Shown: positions 1-13,800, numbered from the stretch's first letter. The stretch is 64,000 bases of DNA from Octopus vulgaris (GCA_951406725.2 OX597832.1:66836001-66900000), one strand, 5' to 3'. Numbers and translations: made by a program. Notes: generated by a model from the letters alone, not told the origin.

Positions 1-66
1 CTATTGCCTCGGGCCAGCCAAAGTTCTTTGAGTAGATTTCGTAGAAGGAAACAGAAATATGCCCGT

Positions 67-115
<49 letters not shown>

Positions 116-299
116 AGCAATAAAGGGTTTGGCAACGAATTGCCTTACCACATACCGAATTTAGAAATAGCAGTCAAAGAGTTATAGCTATTTCTTCTAC
201 TAAAAAGGGAGATCTCAGTAAAAACAGCAATTGTAAGGCAGACACAAACAGGTAAGAGAGAATGAATTGACGGCAATCTATCATACAATTTTAAGTTAT

Positions 300-398
300 C
301 TACGGACGTACGTTTCGAAATCAAGTTTTTAGGAAAGTATAAGAATTAAATATTAAATAATTCTATCTTACCAAGAACTTCTTTTCTCTTCAGCGTAG
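300..398 (-). ncRNA. Type I hammerhead ribozyme, canonical core
   Basis: Minus strand reads CTACG-CTGAAGA-G[long imperfect stem II]C-GAAAC-GTAC-GTC-CGTAG. Stem I is CTACG/CGTAG, stem III is the palindrome ACGTACGT, and the cleavage triplet is GUC. Confidence 0.85.
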
Positions 399-528
399 AA
401 TACTATAATCATAAATGATTATATATTGAATTTTGAGATACTAGAAGGCATCATCTCAACTCAGTATCAGAGATGATGCCTTCTAGTATCTCAAAATTCA
501 ATATATAATCATTTATGATTATAGTATT

Positions 529-623
529 CTACGCTGAGAAAAGAAGTTCTTGGTAAGATAGAATTATTTAATATTTAATTCTTATACTTTCTAAAAACTT
601 GATTTCGAAACGTACGTCCGTAG
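529..623 (+). ncRNA. Hammerhead copy in the opposite palindrome arm with a 3-nt deletion in the core (probably inactive)
   Basis: CTACG-CTGAGAAAAG...CGAAACGTACGTC-CGTAG versus CTGAAGAGAAAAG in the other arm. Confidence 0.65.
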
Positions 624-908
624 ATAACTTAAAATTGTATGATAGATTGCCGTCAATTCATTCTCTCTTACCTGTTTGTGTCTGCCTTACAATTGCTGTT
701 TTTACTGAGATCTCCCTTTTAGTAGAAGAAATAGCTATAACTCTTTGACTACTATTTCTAAATTCGGTATGTGGTAAGGCAATTCGTTGCCAAACCCTTT
801 ATTGCTTAGTATTACTTAAATTTTCCTCGAATGAGGCTTTTACATGCCGAAGACTACTTGGTGTAATTGATAATTATTCCAAATTAATTAATTTCACCCT
901 TCATTATT

Positions 909-952
<44 letters not shown>

Positions 953-1174
953 GAGTGTGTTTGTGTTGTCCCCAACCATCGCCTGACAACAAATGTGGAT
1001 GTATTTACGTCCTTACAACTTAGCAGTTCGTCATAAGAGCTCGAGAGAATACGTGGCTTAAAAAGAATGACACCTGGACTCAATTTCTTTGGTAAAAACA
1101 GCCTTTAATTTAGTGCACTCGAATGGTCGCAGTCAAGTGACTGAAACATGTAAAAGAATAAAAGAATAAAAGAT

Positions 1175-1207
<33 letters not shown>

Positions 1208-1208
<1 letters not shown>

Positions 1209-1450
1209 GGGAGAGTTCACGAAAAAAAAACAACAAAAGTCGAAGGCAGGTGGTGTATAAAACAAACAGATATATTAGTATAATGCTCAGGAAATTGAAA
1301 AAGTCTTTTATGTTTCGAGTCTATGCTCTTCTACAGAAAGGGACACAGAACAAAACAAGGAGAGAAACAAGACACACAACAAACCTAATGGCATATATCT
1401 GTATCACTATCTGTGTTTCTCTAACTTTCTCTCTCACTGTATGCATATAT
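1208..1450 (-). mobile_element. (TA)n-adjacent PLE-type terminal fragment with variant HHR (1305-1340); same family as 22141-22400, related to 45604-45800
   Basis: Shares CAAAAGWCGAAGGCAGGT...GCTCAGGAA...GTTTCGAG with the 22141 copy. Confidence 0.6.
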
Positions 1451-3704
1451 GTGTGTGCGTGTTTGTTTGCTTGTATGTATGTGAGTACGTATTTGAAAAA
1501 TCGTTTGATCACATCTGAGGAAAGAAATGTTTGGCCCTATTTAAAAAAGTTACAGACCACGTAGTGGAAGGAGAATTATTATAACTACATGTAATACCAC
1601 TTAATCCATGTAATACCACTTAATCCGAAACATCAGTGAAGATCATTTTACAAACAGCAATCCTTGACTTTTGTTGCAGCTTCTAGGATGGCAACCGACA
1701 TTGAAGATGCAGACTGTAGACTAGTTTAAATCTAGAATAATACGGTGTGTATGATGCACTGGCATTTATGAATATCTTGTGAGAATTGGGAAATTCTATC
1801 GACTGAAAGGCAGATGTCAGTGTAAATTTAATTCTACTAATAATTTACTTCTCAGGAGAAACACTTGTTTTATGTTAAACTCGACATTATGATATACTGT
1901 TTCAGCTACTTTTGTAATATCGGTACAAGCTACAAATTTAGAACTAAGTTTGGCGATAATACAGTTTTTATTAAAATGATGATGATTGGCTAATTTAATA
2001 AAATACATTAGAAAACTAATCCAGAATATTGTGGTGTATAAAACTAAGTCACCTATGGACTATATATGTATGTTTACATGCGTGGAATATCGTTCAGGAA
2101 ATAAAACAGAATGATCTGCAAAAAAGTTGTTAAGAATAAATTAATTAAAAGATATTTTCTTTTCTTTATTTTTTCTTGTTTTTCGAGACTTGAAGATCAA
2201 CACAGCTGGCATTTAATATCAGTTCTTTACAATCATGTCTTTGAAAGACAATGTTCTATCACGGATAAATCGTGTTCCTATCACTTAACATAATGCGATG
2301 CACAAAATAGTGATTTACACAAAGATGAAAAATAAATGAAACAGATCATAAAGAAGATAAATTTAACAGATGTGAACACATAAATGAAAGACTAACAATG
2401 CGATAGTCTTTTCACTCTTTGACTAATCCTTTGTTCTGTTGTATATTATGTGATTTCATGAAATATCAAATATTCTATTGACTAAAATTTATAGTCAACA
2501 CCAATATTTTGGAAATCGGAATTCATGCACAAAACAATAGAAGTTTACATAATTTGTGTAATCGTAAAGGGAATATGACTGAACATTTATGTTTATGGGT
2601 AAAATATATGAATACATCACTCGAGTCAAAAACTGTGTGACAGTGCTTAATTAATATGGGCTTCGGTAGATTGACTCACCTAAATTAGGTAAAGAGAAAC
2701 AAAACTAGCTAATGCAGTACATTGTCATGAATATATTCTGAAACAAGTTAATCGATCGACATCGAGAGCGTACTTGCATCAGATTAAACAATAATTGCAA
2801 AGTGTCAATATGGCTTAATAAATAGCTTTTTACCTACATTTTAATGCTTTATTTTGTTAATAGCGCTCTGTTGAAATCCACTCGTAAACCAGTCCGTATA
2901 TGAGCCAAAACTATTTATTCATTATATAGATTTTCCCTCCCTCACTTCAGATGAGTAAACATTAGGTTAGTCAACGAGGTTATACCAGCAAGATTTGAAT
3001 CATGTACTGCTCACCAGGTATTCAGAATAATATAGTTTAATAAAACAAAATCCGAAAGTAAAACGAGATTGTCCTGAAAGGATATCGTTTGGGAATAGAC
3101 CTATTTCCTCATAATTAACCTGGATTAAACTAACTTAACAACAGAGACACTACACTGCTACGGCTTATTCATCTGAAAGATCAACAATGAAGGCGTCTCA
3201 ATATGGCGAATTTCGATTAGAAGTCAACTATTCTATTTCAAATCTCATAGACGTATCGTAAATAAAGGATATATTCCATAAAGTAGTCCATGTCTATGAA
3301 AGAAAGAAAGAAGACTGCAATGAAGCACCTGAAGGCATTTTAATCAGTGACGCTGTTAATCAAAAGGGCAAACTGAGTAAATGAGCAGCAAAAATATCGT
3401 AGTCTAACTGCTACACCAACATTATTAACACCAACACGAAGATCAGCCTTCACAAGAGGCAAAGAAGTAGCCCTACATAAATGTATGGCATGCAAATGCA
3501 TAACAGAAACGATAGAAGACAGTAAGAAAGACTAAAACAGCTACTCGATGACTGAGAGGTTGAAAAGCTTACCTGCAATTATGAGTGATTGAAAGGCGTT
3601 AACATCTTTGTAAGATCATTCACTCGCAATAAACTACATTCATACACAAGAACAGATGTACACACATGCTCATATATAACATAATACATATATATTTTTT
3701 TCTT

Positions 3705-3981
3705 TTATTCTTTTATTTGATTCAGTTATCTGACAGCGGCCAGTACTCACTCTATCGGTCTCCTTTGCTGAACCGCCATGTTACGGGGACGCAAACACAC
3801 CAGCATCGTTTGTCAAACCATGGGGGAATAATCACAGTAATACAAACACAAACACGCATACATATATATATATACATATATACGACGGCTATAGTAGAAG
3901 ACACTTGTCTATGGTGCCATGCGTTTGGGACTGAACCTGTAATCATGTGGTTGGTAAGCAAGCTACTTAACACACAGCCAA
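3705..3981 (-). mobile_element. tRNA-derived SINE family A (internally deleted)
   Basis: Reverse complement of GGCTGTGTGGTAAGTAGCTTGCTTACCAACCACATG...; 3' part matches the other family A copies. Confidence 0.75.
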
Positions 3982-4202
3982 TCCTATATATAAAATTAAC
4001 AGAATGCGATAAAAATACAAGGTTAGATTTTTTATCTCATTCTGGAATTTTTTATATACACGCATGCTAATATATGACCTACATTGAACTCCTCATTCGC
4101 CAAATCACCCAACCTGGAGCTTAACTATAGTCTGTCCATAGCACTTGCTCAGCATTACCTGACACCTGTGGGTCTTCCTCACACGATTAACTCTCATAAC
4201 CT

Positions 4203-4259
<57 letters not shown>

Positions 4260-6085
4260 CCATTATATCCTTTGGGGGTAAATACCCTGCAACTAGGCTG
4301 CAGATGCCAGACCAGCAAACAGAAGGGGCTGATCTCCCCTGTTCGGAGGTTATAAAGGACACAGATTCGTGTGTCACATAGCTAGCTAGAGGCGATGGCC
4401 TCTTGGAGCTAATCAACGGTATCATTCGTCCTATTTATCTGGACTGCCATGTTAGCTTGGCGATAACTATACATATCTTTCCATATATAGATATACATAT
4501 GCACATATACATGAATACATACATACACATATATATATGTTATTATTAATTTATTTATCTACATCTCATTCATATATGTGATTTTTTTAAGTAGGTGCAG
4601 AGCTTATACACACACAGACACACACACACACACACACACACACTAACACACATATATTTAGCGACAGGAGCGTTTTAATGGAGCAGTCAGTAACGGATCA
4701 AATGCACTTCAAAACATGTCAATGGAACTGTTACTTCTCTATAAAAGTCAGCTGTGATATTAGAGACCACACAAATAAACTGAAGGCAATGAATGAGAAT
4801 TTGGGGGCGGAAGTGAAGGCGGAGGTAGAATCACCAATTTTCTTGAACATGCTTAGAGCAGCGTCTCTTTGTTTCACCTATACGGTCACGCAAACTCTTA
4901 TGCTGTTATACTGTTATACGGGACTAGGCCGATGTGAAGGCCAGGTGAATGAAAGACGTGAAAGAATTCTATCGCTTGTTTGCGCAGTGCAGTCAATGAA
5001 TTGATGTGGGAAATGTGGGTTATGAAGAAAATTACACGACGTATGAAAGGGCACACGCAAACACACACACACATGGTTACAACACTCACACACAAACACA
5101 AATACACGCCTACAAATTCACACGGTCATATGCAGAGAAATACATTTACGCTTTACGATATGTTTATATAACCACACGCACACGCTCTTAGATACAATAT
5201 ACACACCTGTGTGTATGTGTGTGGTGAGTATGGTGTTAGTTGTGTGCGTGTGTGTGTTTGTACGCGCGCGTGTGTATGAGACGTACAAATGCTAGTCATA
5301 CCTGCACACAATGAATTATCAGGAAAACAAACACAACATACATACATTGCTTATGGCTGTGCGTATACTCAAACATATTAGTGCTTGTGTGTACGTGTAT
5401 GCATGCGTGTGTATGTGTATGTGTGTGCTTATGTGTATATGCTTTGAGTTCAAGAAAAGACCAGTAATTTGATAGAGATGTTTTTCTATTTCTACGTGAA
5501 AATTCAAACAATACCCAGGAGGAGATGTGACATTTCATATGATTAAATGTCAACAAAACTGTGAAAAAGGAAAATGAAGTGAAATGAACTTAAGACAAAC
5601 AAATAAGAAACGAAAATAAAAGAAAAGCGGTAGGTGTTCATTTGTATTAAAGTGTGTCTTTGACACCCTCAGATTTTATTGAAATGTATTGCTTATATAT
5701 GTATATATATATTCCCACACCGACACACGCATGCAAACACACACATACATATTGCTATAACGCTTTAACGAATGACAAATTGGCCTATTTAACCCGCTTT
5801 GGAATACTGCTTACCTAATATTAAATCACTGGTATGCGTAGAATGTTTCTATTCTTTACTATGATATAATTAAGAAATAGAATATATGCGTGAATATGTT
5901 GGTCACCAATCAGTGTTTCCTGAAATAGAAATTACACGTCCATTTTAAATATGTTTACAGAACATACATGAGCATGAGCACACACGCACACGCACACGCA
6001 CAACGCTTAATGAAAGCTACACTACTTAACAAAATATATATATAAATCCTTTCGTAGCTCTAAACACACCACATTTCCAACAAAA

Positions 6086-6121
<36 letters not shown>

Positions 6122-6529
6122 ATCTCAGGTCTTAAAATATGCCCCATATTCTATCCTGGTCCATAATCTGCAGAAATTTTCCAGTTCAATCCTAACCTCA
6201 GATTTTGTAATTTGTAATTTAAGGGACCGTTATCCATCATCCGCATTCACAAGCCTCCATTACTCAATAGATTTCCGGATGTAATTTTTTTCATACAAGC
6301 CCAAATTTTACTGATTGTTTACCTATTACGTCAAATCTGCATAATCCCGCTATTTATTAAATATTAAATTACCACTTAGCTGTGCTAGCAAGGTATTCAT
6401 TCTATTTATCCTATTCTGTCTGTCTATATATATATATATATATATATAAACCAGCTTAGAGAAGAAGAAGAAACGAAACGAAACCAAACGAATCGAATCG
6501 ACCCGAAGTCGCTCGGTCATGCAATAGTG

Positions 6530-6905
6530 TAATAAATAAAATATATGCATACATACAAACATATATGTACGTACCTACATCTACATGTATATATACATGC
6601 ATATATAAATATATATACGTGTGTACAGGACACCACAAATAGACGTAGAACTCAACGAGAAACGAAAACGTAAAAACAGCATGGAACTGACCATTTTTTT
6701 ACAACGAAAAAACAGAGTACAAGACAACGGCACAAGGAAAAATCCCCTTCATCAGCTGTCCCTAGTTTAACTCTAGCGTGAGAACAGAACACGTCTCGTC
6801 GAACTAATCCTTCCTGCGAAATAATTAAATAAAATTCCTTTGCAGAAGGAAATGTGACAAAAACAGGACGTAAAAACAATAGAATTAAAAACAAATACAA
6901 AATAA
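6530..6905. repeat. Dispersed (TA)-associated repeat; second copy at 30843-31200
   Basis: Shared blocks ATATGTACGTACCTAC, GTGTACAGGACACCA, AAAAATCCCCTTCWTCAG and CCTTCCTGCGAAA. Confidence 0.7.
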
Positions 6906-7117
6906 AAATATATATATAATATTTTCGGACTAATGGGTATATTTAGATTGGTGTGTTGAAGCTGTTAGTAGAGCACTAGCACAGTTAGTGCTACTGGTGT
7001 CATCTCGTTAATTAAGAAGTTGCTATTATATATGTATATATATATACATACATACATTTAGAAGGGAAAATAAGCACATTTACATATAATATAATATAAT
7101 TTAATATAATCTTTAAT

Positions 7118-7152
7118 ATATCGACAGGTTTCGCTATCGCTATTCATGATAT
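7118..7152 (-). ncRNA. Minimal hammerhead-like fold with A3-U8 core variant
   Basis: Minus strand reads ATATC-ATGAATA-GC-GATA-GC-GAAAC-CT-GTC-GATAT: 5-bp stem I, 2-bp stem II, GUC site. Confidence 0.5.
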
Positions 7153-7355
7153 TATGTTTTACTTATTTGAATATTCATTTTTTCTTAAGAAGAAATTTTG
7201 TACATGTTGTGTGTAATGATATTTACGAGTGAATTACTTCACAAGCAGAGAAATAAGGGGAGATAATTGGTTATCGTTATTATTTTTATTTTTATGGGTA
7301 AGGGAGATAACTGTTCAGCTTTCGGTAATGGGAGGGGAATATATATGTACAGACA

Positions 7356-7403
<48 letters not shown>

Positions 7404-7467
7404 ATAGTATTACAACAATAGAATGAATGAGACCGCGATATTATGTAAATAGAGGAATTTAACTGTA

Positions 7468-7687
7468 ATATAATATGTGAAAATTATTCGGTTGCTATAA
7501 TAAAACACCGAGTTTCGGATGTTGGGGCGCAAAACTGCTCCGGCATGTCGCCATTCATCAATGCAATCAAAAATATTTTCATAGCATTTCTCGATTGCCT
7601 CAATAACTGACACGGAGCAGTTTTCCGCCCCGATATCCGAAACTCAGAGTCTTATTATGGCAACCAAATAAATGTCACATATTATAT
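7468..7687. repeat. ~75-bp imperfect inverted repeat (7468-7542 / 7613-7687) between (TA)n tracts, containing a damaged HHR (7602-7656, +)
   Basis: Arms are reverse complements. The plus arm reads AATAA-CTGACAC...TCC-GAAACTC-A-GAGTC-TTATT. Confidence 0.7.
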
Positions 7688-7695
7688 CGCATTAT

Positions 7696-7783
<88 letters not shown>

Positions 7784-8771
7784 GAGAGTTTACAATTTAA
7801 AAGAAAAAACTAGGGGAATAATTACAAGATAGCTAAACGTTGCTTAAGTGTTCCAGGATTTAAATCCGGAATCGTAAGTCGTCGTATTTAGTAGTAAATA
7901 GGAAGAGTGAATAAGGACACAAACTCTCGGGATGTTGTTAGACCATATATATCTTGAATTTGTCAACATATGTTTCGATGGATTCACTTCAAAATTCCCG
8001 ACAGTGTAAACCATGGTCAGCAATTCATCAATCTTATGAAGAAGGCTATTGAATAAGGAGACGAAGTCTAGGCATATTGTTAAATCCTTTGTCTTGAAAT
8101 TCTTCTAATATCTATCGACGGATGCACTCCAAAATGTGTGTGTGTGTGTATGTGTTTGTATGCGTGTGTGCGGCGTATGTGTGCATAAATGCATCTATAT
8201 AGATTCTCTTAACTCATATAGTATATTCTTAATTATATATTCTGTATCACTGGGCATGTGATAGATACACAATACTTAATCTATAAGTGTGCGTTTTGGA
8301 TTGATGTTCATTGCGGCAACATATTTTCAGGTTAAATTTTTTTTACGTCTGGAAAGAGTAACCCTTGTCTCCAAGTAAATTATCACCATTTCAAAATCAT
8401 CAGTTTGTTACATGAGATTTGAAGAAACAACAATTACATAAAATTTGAAGCTATTGAAGCAATATTTGATAAAGGAACATCTTTAGAAATGTGTTAATAT
8501 GAAATCTTGAGAGAAAGTAAACCTGAAGGTTATCATGTTTTATGATTTCTACATCGAATGTTATACATTTACAAGAGAAACCTTGAAAGTAAATTAAAAT
8601 AATATTTTGTATCAAACACAATGGAATAAATAGGATAAATATTTTTAGAAGATTAAGAAACGCACAAACTCGCATTAAGATTGTTATCGATGTCATCATC
8701 ATCATCATTTTCATCATCGTCGTCGTGGTCGTCATCATCGATGTTTTTGTTATCATTAGTATTGTTATCAT

Positions 8772-9270
8772 TGAGTCAAACAGCAGCACATGCCATTGAA
8801 GTGGTACTAGGGTATAAGCGAAGGCCAAAACACCATTTATGACTACCTATCAATATATGCTACACCGCGAAGATGCATCACATTCATGTATTCGTGGCAT
8901 GGGGATCTCTTATCAAGATAAACAGCCTATCACCTTGCCGGTGAGACTCAGAATATACTTCAGCCGACTATCTCATCCCGCAAAAATTCCTTAATAAGAC
9001 GGAGCATCCATGTTTCCAAAGGTGAATTATTCAAAATCCAAAGAAATCCTCTAAGCACATGGCTATGATGTACCCCCACTACTCCTGCTTGTGATTCAAT
9101 ATGCAAATATCGTCAGCCAAGTGACAAACAAATCTGTGGTATTGAGCAGAGTATTTGCTGAAGCTCTTCATGTACACTATGAAAAACACATGTACATGAT
9201 AACACATCCTTCCATTTAAGATGAGAAGCCATAAGAGTCACTGATAGGTATTGCGTCAGAGCATGAATGT
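8772..9270. mobile_element. Non-autonomous ~500-bp element, diverged copy of 10124-10680
   Basis: Collinear shared blocks ATCAAGATAAA, CATGTTTCCAAAGGTGAATTAT, AAATCTGTGGTATTGAGCA and AGAAGCCAT; flanked by ATC/TTA triplet repeats. Confidence 0.75.
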
Positions 9271-9304
9271 TGCTGTCATTGTTGTTATTATTATTATCAT
9301 TATT

Positions 9305-9850
9305 TTTATTTTGTCTATTATGAAAGAATGTCGGATAGATCTTAATTACCGGGCTTGAAATCAGGCAATAACAAATCACCATAGGTTTCATGTATTGCGT
9401 TCTCCTGTGACTCAAAGAGGCAACACTCTCCTTAGAATGCGAGCTGTACCCAACAATGTCGTCTTCTGGATGACCTCGAGCCTGAGAGCAGCTCCAATAT
9501 TCTTAATATGTTTTTCAAAGCCTAATGCTCCAATTATCACCGCTATCATCATTATTTCCCTCCGCGCTATCACCATTAATTCCCCATGTCACATAACTTT
9601 CTTATCTCGTCCGCATTGGGTGGTATTTCTCAATATTTTCTATTTCCTTAATTTTCACCCTCGAAAAGCCTGCTATTGTAACATCGATTAACTTTACTTA
9701 TTTTCTAATTTTTATAGAATAGATAGATATATGGTCGTCCCGCCTCTATGACATGGTAGCACTGCATGTTAAAATCCCAGAGTATTTTCTATTGTTCATT
9801 TCTTATTACTCCATCTGGCTTCAGTTCATACCATTGTTTGGCTCTCTAGA
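9305..9850 (-). mobile_element. R4/Dong non-LTR retrotransposon 3' fragment (degenerate RLE domain + 3' UTR)
   Basis: Manual translation of the minus strand gives RAKQWYELKPDGVI..KILWDFNMQC..EAGRP and ...LEVIQKTTLLGTARILRRVL*, homologous to the C-termini at 10862 and 15484. Confidence 0.8.
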
Positions 9851-9871
9851 GTAGAAAGGATAGTAGAAAGG

Positions 9872-9902
9872 ATTATTGTTGTTGTTATTATTATCATTAT
9901 TA

Positions 9903-9996
<94 letters not shown>

Positions 9997-10005
9997 CATC
10001 ATCAG

Positions 10006-10096
<91 letters not shown>

Positions 10097-10123
10097 ATTA
10101 TCATTATTATTATTATTATTATT
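9872..10123. repeat. (TTA)n/(TTG)n microsatellite
   Basis: Direct. Confidence 0.95.
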
Positions 10124-10680
10124 GAGTGAGAGAGCAGTGCATGCCATCAAAGTGACACTGGGGTAAAATATACGAAGCCCAGTATACCCATCATGACTAC
10201 CCGTCTGATAAGGATACACTAGGCACATGCATCACAACCATATGTGCGCGACGTGGTGATTTCATATCAAGATAAATAGCACATGACCTTACAGGTGGGG
10301 GCCCAGTTAGAATTTTCTTCTGATCAAGTAACTAATATCGCTCAAAAGGTCCCTGAATAAGGGTTGTTTAAGGATGTTGAAGGAAACACACATGTTTCCA
10401 AAGGTGAATTATCCAATCCTCTAAGAATTCTTTTCAACACACGGTTATGATGCTCCCCCACTACTTCTGCTCGTGATCAGAGATGCACATATCGTCAGCC
10501 ACTAAGGGACATGCTCATCTGGTTAAGGTCAAACAACCGAGAAGCAAATCTGTGGTATTGAGCACAATATTTGCTGTAGCCCATCTTTTATACCAAGACA
10601 AAACAATGTACATGAAAACACTTCCAATCAGTTAAGATCAGAAGCCATGAGAGCCACTGTCTGGTACTGCATCAGGGCAT
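10124..10680. mobile_element. Non-autonomous ~557-bp element embedded between (TTA)n tracts
   Basis: Bounded on both sides by (TTA)n; second copy at 8772-9270; no meaningful ORF. Confidence 0.75.
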
Positions 10681-10707
10681 TTATTATTATTATTAATGTT
10701 GTTGTTG

Positions 10708-10802
<95 letters not shown>
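10681..10802. repeat. (TTA)n microsatellite
   Basis: Direct. Confidence 0.95.
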
Positions 10803-13800
10803 GTCATTTACTTTTAATCTGCATGTTTGATGCAATCCCTTCCCGGGGCACACCCAGCGACCTAGGGCAAGTGAAGGTTAAGAGTTGTTGAAATATAGCT
10901 GAAAGCTTGTGGATGGGGAAGTAGAGAAATATCTCCATGTAATACAAACACAAACATTTGCATTGATAGGGTTTTTCTAAGGATGTGGGCAGTACTTGTT
11001 AGCACAGTCTTCTGGATTTCCTTGAGACATGGTTCTCCAGGGATATTGTCTAGGTGTTTCTGACATCCCTTTTTTATCATACCTAGGGCACCTACAATAA
11101 CAGGAACAGTTTTTGTTTTAAGATTCCACATCTTTTGTATTTCGATTTCCAGGTCCTTATATTTACTAAGTTTGTCAAATTCCTTCACAGATACATTTTT
11201 ATCAGTGGGGACGCTTACATCTATTAGTCTGCAGGTATTTTCTTCCCTGTCTTTAACAATTATGTCTGGTCGATTAGCCTTGATCGTTCTGTCAGTGTTG
11301 ACTGGAAAATCCCAGAGGATGGTGACATTTTTACCTTCAACAACTGGCTGAGGATGGTGTTCATACCAGTTAGCAGGAGTGCCGAATTTGTAGTGTTTAC
11401 ATATCTTCCAATGTATATACTGTCCAACTCTATCGTGGCGATTTTTGTATTCGTTTGGTGTCAGCACAGGACATCCCGAAACGAGATGGTCTATTGTTTC
11501 GTCAAATGTGTCGCAGAATCTGCATTTAGGGTCAGTACCGTTTCGGAGAACGTTAGCCTGGTAATTTCTGGTAAACAAGCTTTGATCTTGTGCTGCCAGT
11601 ATGAAGCCTTCAGTCTCTGCTTTCAATCCAGAACTTTTCAGCCACTGATGGGTTGTTGCTTGGTCTACATCAGCATTTTGGCTTCGGAGAATATATTGTC
11701 CATGCAGGTGCTTTTGGCTCCACTGCCTCTCAATTTGATTCTGCCCGTTCTTTTTTGCAGTCTGCTTGATTCGCTTTGCTTGCTTGGTAGCAGTGGTTTC
11801 CGGCTCTTCATCTGATTCAAGGTTAATGTCTAGTTCCCTTTCGAACTTATAAGCTTCCTTGACAATAGAATGCAGCTTTTTGCTGCTTTCGTGTTCGCAC
11901 ACAAGTCGCAGCATCCAGTCCTTTGTACTAGATAGGTACCTGTTCATTCCTATAGTAGAGGTCTTATAGCACAGCTCTAATTGCATCATTCCTCTCCCCC
12001 CGCTGCTTCTAGGTAGGTACAGGCGGTCTACATCTGCCTTAGGGTGGTGCATGCTCTTAGATGTCAGTAATTTTCTTGTCTTCCTGTCCAAGCGTTGGAG
12101 TTCCGTATGGTTCCAGTTAATGATGTTAAAACTGTACTGGACTACTGGAAGTGCCAGGGTGTTAATGGCCTCAATGCAATTTTTGGAGTTGAGTTCAGTC
12201 TTCAGTAGAAGCCTTATTCTCCTATAGTATTCCTTTCTTATTTTTTCCTTCATAGTAGCATGATGTATACCATCTCCTTCGTTGATTCCTAGGTATTTGT
12301 AACTTTCTTGTGGGTCAAGTTCCTTGATGGTAGTGTCAATATCTAATTTAACAGAAGGCCTCTTACAAAAGTTGCTTTAGCACACTTTTCAAGGCCAAAA
12401 TCCATTCCGATATCATTGCTAAACTCTTTAACAGTTGTTAGCAGCCGTTCTAGGTCTTGGTCATTCCTGGCAAACAGCTTTAGGTCGTCCATATAGAAAA
12501 GGTGGTTTATTGAGTTACTAAAAACTTTGTACCCATATCTGGTACTATCCAATTCGTTTGAGAGTGGGATCAGTGCCATGCAAAAAAGTAATGGAGAGAG
12601 GGAGTCACCTTGAAAGATGCCTCGTTTGATGTTGATGCTGTTGGACTGGCTCATTCCATTACTATGGCTTAGAAAGAGACGTGTGTTCCATATGGTCATG
12701 CTATTCTCTAAGAATTTTGAGACGACAGGAGAGATCTTGTATATCTCAAGGGCCTTGAGTATCCATTTATATGGGACACTGTCATACGCTTTCCTGCAGT
12801 CTATCCATGCCATACTCAGGTTTTTGTTTTTGCTCCGGCAATTCTCTACAATCATTCTGTTTATGAGCAATTGGTCTTTGCACCCATAAGAGTTTCTTTT
12901 ACAACCTTTTTGAGCTTGTGGAAGGATAGAGTTTTGTTCAAGGAAAGCGTACATTCTCTCCGTTATTATGGATGTGAGGATTTTGTAGGTGGTGTTGAGA
13001 CATGTTATTGGCCGGTAATTCTTTGGGGTTTTTTGTGTCTTCGGTTTTAGGTAATAGGTAGGTGGTTCCTTCAGTCAGCCAAGCAGGTATTTGCTCTGGG
13101 TTCTGAATGACATCAGACAGAGCTGCAGCGGGATTTTCGTGTACCTCTGTCAAACAATTCAGCCAGAAGTTAGGGATCCGATCCAGTCCTGGGGATTTCC
13201 ATATATGAGCCTTCCTAAGGACACACCTTAGCTCCTCTATTCCTATTGCTTCCCATTTCTGTTCTTCAAGTTCATCCAGTCTCTCTTTCTCACGTTCTAT
13301 CCAGTCTTCTAGAACTTCTCCACTTCCTCAATCTTAGGTAGATCTTCTATGTGTATTTTATTTTTGCCAATTTCCCTATAAAATTTCTTTGCATCTATCT
13401 TAAAAAAATTATTTTGTCGATAAAATTTGTTTCTTTTGTCATACCTTCTAAGCCGTTGGGCTTTCAACTGTATCCGTTGTTTCAACAGTTCCTTAGTTGC
13501 AGGGAGGTTTATGAGATCTTTGATTTTATATTTTTGCTTGATTTTTCTAGCTTTTCTCGACTTAATATTCACTCCTCTAGCAAGCTCATCGAGAATTGAA
13601 ACATCCGCCCGCAGAGATTCAATCTCTTTTTGTATCGCTACTTTCCACTTAGGAGGTTCATTGACATGCCTGGCTTTTTCTTTGTCATCTTAATAACTAG
13701 TTGGGTAGTTAATACTTTAGCAGTGGAATAGATGAGATTATTTAAGGTTGTCAGATCATTCCCTTTATTTCTTAACATCTGTCGAAGGGCAACGTTATAT

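Larger units (their letters stand above)
112..913. mobile_element. Palindromic non-coding element in (TA)n, probably an inverted Penelope-like pseudo-LTR; arms 114-457 and 470-808, 12-nt loop
   Basis: Arms are near-perfect reverse complements (~340 bp). Each arm contains an HHR motif. The right end 745-913 is homologous to 46150-46335. Confidence 0.85.
1..1175 (+). mobile_element. tRNA-derived SINE (family A) split at its internal (TA)n by an ~800-bp insertion; 5' half 1-70, 3' half ~950-1175
   Basis: 1-70 and 950-1175 match the two halves of the more complete copies at 57110-57486 (+) and 50535-50912 (-). Confidence 0.8.

Noticed and set aside
1588-1626. Short tandem duplications (19 bp here; 22 bp near 20153; ~40 bp near 26138)
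   Set aside because: Ordinary slippage duplications with no further structure.
10530-10680. U2 snRNA-like words (GCTTCTCGG, GCAGTACC) on the minus strand
   Set aside because: Short, in the wrong order, and not conserved in the second copy.
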